A stretch of DNA of 64,000 nt from Octopus vulgaris. Lineage: Eukaryota. This document shows, one piece after another, positions 53,576 to 64,000 of the stretch. The notes beneath the pieces are model-generated. The model saw nothing but the letters and a program-made list of their open reading frames with translations. It was not told where the DNA came from and searched no databases. The DNA lies in NCBI GenBank assembly GCA_951406725.2, contig OX597823.1, positions 108,562,001 to 108,626,000 on the forward strand, given 5' to 3'. Positions within the stretch are counted from its first letter, which is position 1; each line of letters begins with the position of its first letter. Both the position numbers and the translations under genes were made by a program.

Positions 53576-53686
<111 letters not shown>

Positions 53687-55422
53687 TATATGTATGTATA
53701 TATATGTATATATATATATATATAGATAGACAGATAGATAGATAGATAGATATATAAATATATATATATACATATACATATATATATATATAATATATAT
53801 GTATATATATGCATATATATGCATTTATATATGTATAAAATGTATATACATATATACACATACATATATGAATATATATATACATACTTCTATGCCCCTA
53901 CATATACATACTCATATTTTATGTATATATATATATATATGTCTGCATATGTATGTGTTTGTGTGAGTGTGTGTGTGCATGTGGGTCAACAGACATATAT
54001 TTCCAGAGCTTTTTGCAACTGCTTTCTGTATTGGCATGAATTCGATGGGCTGTCACTGGCTGAGTTAGTTCTTACTTAGAGTTTCTGCCTTCTTTAATCA
54101 ATTAGAAACCACAGCAGGTTTCATGCATTCCATTTTTGGTATGTTTTATTTTTTCTATGGCTGGATGACCTTGTTATTGCCAACCATTTTTAGAGAATGT
54201 ACTGACTGCATTTTATTGCGGTAGAAGTAGTAGAGGGTTTGTCTTGTGTGTGGCTGGACAAAAGAGTGCTCTTTGCTTCACAATGTTTCCATTTGTTAGC
54301 TAACGTCTTTACAGAAAGAATTTGTTGCTGTGGATTCCTCTAGCCCTATTGAGGTATCCTTGCCCCTGGTACTACTAACCATTCCACCTTATCTTCATTC
54401 ATCTTCTCACTAGTACAAGAGGTTGTCTCATCTTCAGCAGATAGTTGATGGAATGATCAGACTGAGAGGATGATAGAGGAAGAGTAATTAAAAAGAGTAG
54501 AGGAGTGATAGGAATGAGTGATTAAAAGAAAGAAAAGTGAATGTAGGGAAAGAGACAGCTATATGAAGGTTGTTGGTAATGAGATTGAATAGAAATGGCA
54601 TGAGTGGAAGAAAGAGAGGAAGGAGTGAGACTGGTTAATAGAAAAGTGATTAATAGAAGTGAAAGAATGATGGAAGAGTATGTGCTGGGGAGGGAGAGAG
54701 AGTTGGGTAGTAACCCTTTAACATTTAAACAGGTTATATCTGGCCTAAATATTGCTACCTGTTTGATGTTCAAACCAGTCACATCCAGCTCCTGATATCT
54801 CTCCTACAATGTCTTTAACGTCTCTCCTATAATTGCATATAAAAATATGCAATCACATTATCAAAATCACAAGGCTACAAGAAAATGCATTATTAATTAA
54901 AAACCGTGTGATTAATGAGCATTATATCTGACGAAGTAATTTGAATACTAAAGGGTTAAGAAAGAGCGATAGGAAGGGAGTAATGTGATGAGTGCCATGG
55001 ATAACAAAGAAAATGTGTGGAAGTAAGGCAATGGGAGCACTGGATGTCAGTAATGAGGGACCAAAGAAATAATGGGATAGAGAGAGAGAGAGAGAGAGAA
55101 AAGTAGGGATAGAAACATAGTAGTAATGTTACTAGGAACTGAATATGGATAGATACGATATGGTGTTGTCCTTCATAACACAGTCTTTGTGACTGGAAAA
55201 AGGTAAGTGATTATAGCATAGCATATTGGCAGGAGTGGGGTAGGTGATAGAAGATAGAATAATGAAGAGAGAGATGTGTGTGTGAGAGAGAGAGAGAGAG
55301 TGGGGAGAGGGAGAACGGTCCATAATACTTAATATAGATATACTGATTAGAAGTGATTCAAATATAGATATATACATCCAAATCTCCATTACCATCACTG
55401 AAAGCTATCATTAATTCTTATG

Positions 55423-56800
55423 CTAATTTTTTCCATGCTTGCTTGGGTGGAGCTGGTATTCTCTAATACATTGCATTGCATCAAGTTGGGATCTTCTGCT
55501 ATTGCCACAAGTTGTGATCTTCTGTAACTGCCTCAAATTGTGATCTTCTGCTATTGCCCCAGGTTGTGATCTGTCACTGCCCCAGGTTGTGATCTGTCTC
55601 TGCCCCAGGTTGTGATCTGTCACTGCCCCAAGTTATGATCTGTCACTGCCTCAAATTGTAATCTTCTGCTATTGCCCCAAGTTGTGATCTGTCATTGCCT
55701 CAAATTGTGATCTACTATTGCCCCAGGTTGTGATCTGTCACTGCCCCAAGTTGTGATCTGTCACTGCCCCAAGTTGTGATCTGTCACTGCCCCAAGTTAT
55801 GATCTGTCACTGCCCCAGGTTGTGATCTGTCACTGCCCCAAGTTGTGATCTGTCACTGCCCCAAGTTGTGATCTGTCATTGCCCCAAGTTGTGATCTGTC
55901 ACTGCCCCAGGTTGTGATCTGTCACTGCCCCAAGTTGTGATCTGTCATTGCCTCAAATTGTGATCTACTATTGCCCAGGTTGTGATCTGTCACTGCCCCA
56001 AGTTGTGATCTGTCACTGCCCGAAGTTGTGATCTGTCACTGCCCGAAGTTGTGATCTGTCACTGCCCCAAGTTGTGATCTGTCACTGCTCCAAGTTATGA
56101 TCTGTCACTGCCCCAAGTTGTGATCTGTCACTGCCCCAAGTTGTGATCTGTCACTGCCCCAAGTTGTGATCTGTCACTGCCCAGGTTGTGATCTGTCACT
56201 GCTCCAAGTTGTGATCTGTCACTGCCCCAAGTTGTGATCTGTCACTGCCCCAAGTTGTGATCTGTCACTGCCCCAAGTTATGATCTGTCACTGCCCCAAG
56301 TTGTGATCTGTCATTGCCTCAAATTGTGATCTTCTGTCAATGCCTTTATGAAGTTCAGCATTCTGATATCAATCATCAAATTATCCTTGTGTTCCCTCTT
56401 CCACAGTTTCCATTCATTCTGAGTGCTCCACATGTTTTTATTGGACTGGCTTCATCCACACACATTACATTCTTATACCAGCAGAGTTTTATCTCCTGCA
56501 TACTACATCACATTCCTTGTATATCCAGCTTTTCTCTCATCTCATTTGTGCACGACATTACACATCCAGCTGAGAATTCTCATATCATTTCTGCCCAGCT
56601 TTTGCCCAAATCTGCTGGCATTTAAGATGCATATCCTGATTCATACTATCTACCCCTTCACTTTGAAAGAGAAAGCCCTTGCCATTAGTAGACTCTTGAA
56701 ATCTTTACATCCTGTTTTTCACTCTGGCAACTATGCTTTCAAAATCCCCTTCCACTGTTGATTTGGTCACCTAGGTAACAAAAGCTATCAACTATCTTTT
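55423..56800 (-). mobile_element. RTE LINE 3' remnant containing a minisatellite expansion
   Basis: The minus strand reads IVDSFCYLGDQINSGRG..SIVARVKTG..; the 3' tail caagcatggaaaaaattagc lies near 55423-55445. Confidence 0.75.
55483..56343. repeat. Minisatellite, 23-bp unit gttgtgatctgtcactgccccaa (~36 copies, 22-26 bp variants)
   Basis: Contiguous tandem units with no spacers. Confidence 0.97.
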
Positions 56801-57384
56801 GATAATTTATTTGTAGATTTTCTAGTTGTCAATGATAAGGAAAACAATTTTAGATTTATCTTTTTATTTATATACAGAATAAATTATAAAAAGCATTGAA
56901 TGAATATGTTCACACTATAAAACTAGTGGATATAATTCGAATGTTGTTGTGTCAGTGGTTCAGCTGCTTATCTTTTTGATATACGATGACAAAATTATTG
57001 AATTTCTTTATATTTTTATTAACCACTTAAGAGTATGACAACGTAATATTTGACTTGGGTTTTGAAACCATTATCTTTTGTCTTTTACTTGTTTCAGTCA
57101 TTTGGCTGTGGCCATGCTGGGGCACTGCCTGGAAGAATAGTAGTCAAGTGAATTGACCTCAGTTGTTATTTTTTTAAAGCTTAGTATTTATTCTATTGGT
57201 CTTTTTGCTGAACTGTTAAGTTGCAAAGGACATAAACACACCAGCACAAGTCATGAAGCAGTCATAGGGGACAAGCACAGGCACATATATATAATATACA
57301 TACATACACACACACACATATATATATATAAATATATATACATATATATACAAATATATATACATATATATACATATATATATG

Positions 57385-57422
<38 letters not shown>

Positions 57423-57424
<2 letters not shown>

Positions 57425-57983
57425 GGCACAGGAGTGGCTGTGTGGTAAGTAGCTTGCTTACCACCCACATGGTTCTGGGTTCAATTCCACTGCATAGCAC
57501 CTTGCACAAGTATCTTCTACTATAGCCTTGGGCTGACTAAAGCCTTGTGAGTGGATTTGGTTGATGGAAACTGAAAGAAGCCCGTCGTATATACTCTTTA
57601 CTCTTTTACTTGTTTCAGTCATTTGACTGCAGCCATACTGGAGCACCGCCTTTAGTCGAGCAAATCGACCCCGGGACTTATTCTTTGTAAGCCCAGTACT
57701 TATTCTATTGGTCTCTTTTGCCAAACCGCTAAGTGACGGGGACGTAAACACACCAGCATCGGTTGTCAAGCAATGCTAGGGGGACAAACACACACACACA
57801 CACATATATATATACATATATACGACAGGCTTCTTTCAGCTTCTGTCTACCAAATCCACTCACAAGGCATTGGTCGGCCTGGGGCTATAGCAGAAGACAC
57901 TTGCCCAAGGTGCCATGCAGTGGGACTGAACCCGGAACCATGTGGTTGGTTAGCAAGCTACTTACCACACAGCCACTCCTGCG

Positions 57984-58047
<64 letters not shown>

Positions 58048-58274
58048 CATGTGTATATGCTTGTGTGTCTGTGTTTGTCTCCCTAGAATTGCTTGACAAC
58101 TGATGCTGGTGTGTTTACGTCCTCATAGCATAGCAGTTTGGCAAAAGATACCGATAGAATAAGTACTAGGCTTACAAAGAATAAGTCCTGGAGTCGATTT
58201 CCTCAACTAAAGGCAGTGCTCCAGCATGGCCACTGTCAAATGACTGAAACAAGTAAAAGTATACAAGAATAAAA

Positions 58275-58277
<3 letters not shown>
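57423..58277 (+). mobile_element. SINE family A containing an antisense family A copy (57594-57985)
   Basis: Outer head 57423-57590, outer tail 58060-58277; the full-length inner copy sits in the (TA)n linker. Confidence 0.9.
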
Positions 58278-58321
<44 letters not shown>

Positions 58322-58899
58322 ATGAGCTTCTTTCAGTTTCCATCTCTACCAAGTCGTCTCACATATGTTTGGTCAACTAGAGGCTATATTAGAAGATACT
58401 TCCAAGGTAATAATACACAGTGGAATTGCATCTGGATCCATGTGATTGGGAAACAAGATTTTTACCACACATCCATGCTTGCATAAGGTAACTTCCTGAT
58501 GTCGAAACAATAGCAATTGGGAACAGGTGTTGAAGATGGAGCTTTTGTTATAAAGTATATTTGTCCACATTCTAAGACAAAGATCAAAAGATGTTTTAAT
58601 TAATATGCATAAAAAATGTATTTTCATTATTATATATGAAAAAAACAACTGGTAAACAAATGACTGGTATCTGATATATGATGATGGAATTAGATGAATT
58701 CTTTTAATAATTATTGACAATTTTACTTTCCTTTTAGAGCATGGCAGAATGTATTAGTTGAATTTTTCATCTTGAAGTCATAAGAAAATTTTCTAACTTC
58801 ATAAAGATAGCAAATGGGAGCAAGTGTTGAAGATAGAAATCTTGTCAAACAAGATCTTTAAAGCAAAAATCAAAATAGAATTTAGTTAATGTGAATAAT

Positions 58900-59455
58900 A
58901 GGCGTAGGAGTGGCTGTGTGGTAAGTAGCTTGCTTACGAATGACATGATTCCGGGTTCAGTCCCATTGCATGGCTTCTTGGGAAAGTGTCTTCTACTATA
59001 GCCTCAGGCCGACCAAAGCCTTGTGAGTGGATTTGGCAGATGGAAATTGAAAGAAGCCCGTCGTATATATATATATATATAGGGAGAGTTTACGAAAAAA
59101 CAAAAGACGAAGACAGGTGGTGTACAGAACAAACAGATGTATTAGTATAACACTCAGGAATAGAGAAAGTCTTTTACATTTCGAGCCTACGCTCTTCTAC
59201 AGAAAGGGACACAGAAAAAACAAGGAGAGAAAAAAAATATATATATGTATGTGTGTGTGTTTGTCCCCCTAGCATTGCTTGACAACTGATGCTGGTGTGT
59301 TTATGTACCCATCACTTAGTGGTTCGGCAAAAGAGACTGATAGAATAAGTACTAGGCTTACAAAGAATAAGTCCTGGGGTCGATTTGCTCAACTAAAGGC
59401 TGTGCTCCAGCATGGCCACGGTCAAATGACTGAAGCAAGTAAAAGAGAGTAATGA
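58900..59455 (+). mobile_element. SINE family A with a nested PLE terminal fragment (59081-59238) carrying an HHR-like motif (59171-59206, -)
   Basis: The insert is the reverse complement of the 17795-17960 fragment. Minus strand: cttt-CTGTAGA-a-gagc(gtag)gctc-GAAA-TG-TA-aaag. Confidence 0.85.
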
Positions 59456-59603
59456 GTAATAAGTTTAAATTTACCATTATATCACAAAAACACTAGCATG
59501 CAACACTATATAAATGTTAGGCATTGTTAATATATTCGTTTTTACAATATATAAATGTTGTAGGTTGCTAACATGTTTATTTAACAGTTTTTATAATCTA
59601 TCA

Positions 59604-60015
59604 AATGATCACTACCAGCGTCACCTTCCTGGCACTTATGCCTGTGCTAGTAGGGTGCCAAGAGCACCATCCAAGCATGATCGTTGCCAGAGCAGCCAAC
59701 TGGCTTCCGTACCCGTGGCACGTAAAAGGGCACCATTCAAGCGTGATTGTTACCAACATTGCTTCACTGGCACGTGTAAAAAGATTCGAGTGAGGTCATT
59801 GCCAGTACCACCTGACTAGCCCCCGTGCCTTTGGCATGTAAAAAGCACCCACTACACTCTCAGAGTGGTTGGCAATAGGAAGGGCATCCAGCTGTAGAAA
59901 CTCTGCCAGATCAAGATTGGAGCCTGGTGCAGCCATCTGGTTTGCCAGCCCTCAGTCATACGTCCAACCCATACTAGCATGGAAAGCAGACGTTAAATGA
60001 TGTTGATGATGATGA
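59604..60015 (+). mobile_element. RTE-associated 3' repeat (family F)
   Basis: Matches the 34318 copy. Confidence 0.8.
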
Positions 60016-60669
60016 TCAAATATCTGTTGATTAAATTTACCTCCGTATACGACTGGGGTGTTATTTTAACAACACCAGAAGGATGAAAGGATAAAAGTTT
60101 ATCTCAGAAGGATTTGATCCATCAAAGTAAAAAGCTAGATTGAATACTGCAAAGAGTTTTGTCTGATATGCTAGCAATTCTGCCATTTTTCTGCCACCCG
60201 AATCATACATTCCATAAAAAAATAATAAAGAAAAAATGGAAGGAAATACAGAAAGGAAAATAGAACCAAAACATGTCTTAAACAGAAAGAAGTTTACTGG
60301 AAGTAAATTTTATAATTTGAAACATCCACTGTCCAATATATAAGATAGTAAAAATCAGCAACATCATCATCATCAACTTACTGTTGACAACTTGTATATA
60401 AAACAGGACATTGAAGATATAAATATACATGAGTACATGGAGCTAAATTCAACATTTCTAAATATATGTTGCAGACACAAAGATATGTTTCTGTTCAGTT
60501 TTATTATGGATAATTTGAGAATAAATCCTCTATAATATCTGCAACACACTCCTCAATGTCTTGGAAGTTTTATTATGAATAAAAAAAAATCTCAGAGGTT
60601 TTGAAAAAACCCATCATAAACGCACGTGTGCACCTGTGTATGTCTCTGTATATGTGTGTGTTTGAATGA

Positions 60670-60712
<43 letters not shown>

Positions 60713-60877
60713 CATAAACTCAGTACACTGAAATATATTTATATTGTAAAAATTAATACATATAAGCCTTGCCGTCTCAGAGTTTCATTACAAAGCCAGA
60801 ATTTTATGTTTTGTACATAAATATACTTCAGTACAGTCTTTAATATTAGAGTATACACACATATATGCATTCATATA

Positions 60878-60935
<58 letters not shown>

Positions 60936-61105
60936 TATATAATTATGTTATATGGATTGCTAAGAATCAAGAAACATCAACTCATAGGATGCCAGAAATG
61001 GCTAGATACAATACAAAGAGCTCACACCATTCATGTTTACTTTTTATGCATACATATATGTATAAATAAAATATGAATATATATATATATATATATATAC
61101 ATATA

Positions 61106-61166
<61 letters not shown>

Positions 61167-61537
61167 TGATAGATAGATAGATAGACAGATAGATAAACAC
61201 ATATATATGTATATATAAGAAAATGAGATGACATAAACGGTTATGTTATTAGTTTACAGTTGTTTCTGCTACGAGATGCAGTGGACTCATAGTTGAGTAC
61301 CTAATAGTTGAGTACTCATAGTTGAATAACACCTAATAACTTCATTGAAACCTCAAATAAGAAGTACAATGGCATCATGTAGCAGAAACAACATAAGCTA
61401 ATGAAGTTCATAAGACAATTGTTATTTTGTCATCTCATTTTCGTATTAGTACTCTGTACTCAACTAATACTTCATGCTGAGGCATACATATATTGAGTTC
61501 TACACCAGATTACTAGTCTTACAGCAACCTAAGCAAA

Positions 61538-61581
<44 letters not shown>

Positions 61582-61584
<3 letters not shown>

Positions 61585-61812
61585 AAATGACGAAAGACTG
61601 AGACGTCTGTGATATGCTGTCACTGTGCAGACCCAACAAGTGAAGTGAGTTCATGGCGCGCAGGACGGCCTGCTGTGCTAACCTTGGATCGTAGAGTGAC
61701 CCGCTATGCTTGAGGAGACCTATTGAGTCAAGTACATCAACATCAACATCAAAATAAAAATCCAATGGAAATTGTAGTTAAGATGCCAGTGGCATGTAAA
61801 TAGCACCATCCG
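61582..61812 (+). mobile_element. RTE LINE ORF end plus start of 3' UTR
   Basis: EMTKD.DV..YAVT.QTQQVK-stop, then a UTR leading into the tgccagtggcatgtaaa.agcacc motif shared with family F. Confidence 0.6.
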
Positions 61813-61829
61813 AAAATTGGTTAATCAAG

Positions 61830-62061
61830 GATTATTTGAAAACAAAGAATGCAGAAATTATTAGACAGAAATGGACTGAAGAAATTTCAAAGACCAATTC
61901 CATCGAGATTAACAGTTTACAGAATACATGGCAAATTTGAGCAGACGGAGTCCTTCTGCTTTGCAGAGAAATGTGGTCAACTGGTCAGTGTTACCATGGA
62001 AGAAAATGAAATGCTCACAGCTCAAACAAAGTCCCCAGAAATAATAAAAAACGACTTATAA
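61830..62061 (+). pseudogene. Tc1/mariner-type transposase N-terminal HTH remnant
   Basis: FQRPIPSRLTVYRIHGKFEQTES...KCGQLVSVTMEEN..SP fits the PSR.TI.R...KF..TGSV...SGRP....EN pattern (DUF4817-like, from recall). Confidence 0.65.
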
Positions 62062-62482
62062 TAAACTAAGCATTTTCTGCAGATCTCTTACTCAACATAT
62101 ATTGCTTATTCGAAAACTGAAATAGAGAAATGAAAAGAACATTCCACTTATATAAAGCAACTGAATATATATATGTATATATGTATATATGTATATATAT
62201 ATATATATATAAAATCAAAATAAGGGGAAAAAAATTGGATATTAATTTAATAACATCAATTTAACATCAAGTGGTTTAGCGCATAAAAAACTGAGATTCA
62301 GTAAATATTAGAATTGTTCATAGTTGTGCTAAATTTTTCTTGAGAACAATTCTTAGTGGTTGAGACCATTACGGATCTATTTTTAGCGTAAGAGCGTCCA
62401 CATAGTGGATTCTCTCTCATATTTGTGTACTATATATATATATATATAGAGAGAGAGAGATACATATATATACATACGTATA

Positions 62483-62548
<66 letters not shown>

Positions 62549-62958
62549 TGTGTGTGTGTGTAATTAGTAAAGGATTTCTCCAAACGCTTACCAGTTTTCT
62601 CACAGTTATTTAATATAGGTTATTCAATGGTTAGTATATAAATCCAGTAATAATTCTTATGTGATAAGAATTCAGAGATATATTCCATTAGATTATTCCA
62701 AATATATTACCTTTAACCATATAGGTTTCCTGGAGTATTTAATATCAATAGTAATAATGATAACAACAACAATGGCAACAGCAACAACGATAATAATAAC
62801 TAGCTGGACCCACGCAAAATTCACAGAAAATAAAAAAAAATGTGAACATCTGTAAATTGTGTGCTGGTGCCATGAGAAATGTTTCTATACTGTGATAGTT
62901 ACAGAATATAGTAAGAAGTGTAAAACCGATAACTATATAATCCAGCCAAAATATCACG

Positions 62959-62991
<33 letters not shown>

Positions 62992-63043
62992 CCCATGCTA
63001 GCATGGAGAACGGACGTTAAACGATGATGATGATATATATATA

Positions 63044-63660
63044 TATACGTAAATATAAGAGAGTGACCACTATGTGGTCGACTCTAGCACTAAAAATAGA
63101 TCCGCTACGGTTTCAGCCACAAAGAATTGTTTCCGATGAAAGTTAACACAACTATTAGCGTAAATGAACAGGGCAAAATAAAATTTTTGATGTAGTATCT
63201 GTTTCCGTGAATTTTGGCGGGGGCACTTGAATTATAATGGCGAATGCAATCGACTGAACCACATGTGTGTTTATCGTTATGGTAAAATCTGGCAGGTGGT
63301 TGAGTAAATTGTATTCTAGACAAATTCAGCTGAGGAGCTACAGATATGTTATGTGAGTAAAATTACATAATTTATTAATAGCGAAACAATTTTCCTGAAT
63401 TAATCTGCATTTTTGTTATTTTTTATTTTTCCCTGTTCGTTTACACTAATAGTTGTGCTAATTTTCATTGGAAACAATTCTTCATGGCTGAAACTGTAGC
63501 GGATCTATTTTTAGTGCTAGAGTCGACCACATACTGGTCACTCTCTTATATTTACGTATAAAATTTATTGTATTCCTGGTTTTTATTGCACTAAGCCACT
63601 TGGTGTTAAATTGATGGTACTATTAAATTAGTATCCAATTTTCTCACCCTTATTAGTTGA
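63044..63660 (+). mobile_element. PLE-like element: inverted partial terminal repeat, hammerhead, then terminal repeat, in (TA)n
   Basis: Arms 63044-63184 and 63421-63560. The right arm extends a further ~100 bp to the terminus. HHR lies in the spacer. Confidence 0.78.
63323..63401 (+). ncRNA. Type I hammerhead ribozyme with extended stem II
   Basis: aattcag-CTGAGGA-gcta...ttatgt/acataa...tagc-GAAA-C(aatt)T-TC-ctgaatt. 7-bp stem I; position 16.2 is U rather than G in this copy. Confidence 0.8.
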
Positions 63661-63689
63661 TTATATATATATATATATATATGTTTTAT

Positions 63690-63917
63690 CTTCTATCTTT
63701 TATCTTTTACCTGTTGTAAGTCATTAGACTGCGGCCATGCTGGGGCACCACCTTGAATTTTTAGTCGAATGAATCCACCTCAGTACTTATTTTTTAAGCT
63801 TGGTAATTATTCTATCCATCTCTTTTTGCTGATCTGCTAAGTTACAGGCATTTAAACACACCAACACCAGTTGTCAAGTGGTGATGGGGGAACAACCACA
63901 GACACACACACACATAG

Positions 63918-63948
<31 letters not shown>

Positions 63949-64000
63949 CGACAAGCTTCTTTCAGTTTCTGTCTACCAAATTCACTCAGAAGGCTTTGCT
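63690..64000 (-). mobile_element. SINE family A, runs off the window end
   Basis: Reverse complement of the family tail and middle. Confidence 0.8.

Noticed and set aside
55483-56343. CRISPR-like appearance of the 23-bp array
   Set aside because: Units are contiguous with no unique spacers, there are no cas genes, and the context is eukaryotic.

Overview
AT-rich, microsatellite-saturated eukaryotic non-coding DNA (intronic or intergenic). The repeat families resemble, from recall and not from a search, those of a coleoid cephalopod such as Octopus. I found no credible host protein-coding gene; almost every ORF in the track is a translated microsatellite or a chance frame in a SINE. The window holds: (i) about 30 copies or fragments of at least five tRNA-derived SINE families, several with clear target-site duplications (TSDs), nesting and swapped modules; (ii) decayed LINE fragments (RTE, L1/Tx1-like, others), mariner/Tc1 transposase remnants and one non-autonomous Helitron with intact ends; (iii) minisatellites. 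The most notable signal is a set of short Penelope-like (PLE) inserts, mostly within or beside (TA)n tracts. Many are 280-520 bp foldbacks, and together they carry 11 recognisable type I hammerhead ribozyme (HHR) motifs, including near-intact copies, long stem II insertions and core variants (U3-A8 covariation, A6 substitution). All structure calls were made by eye, and coordinates of degenerate elements are approximate.
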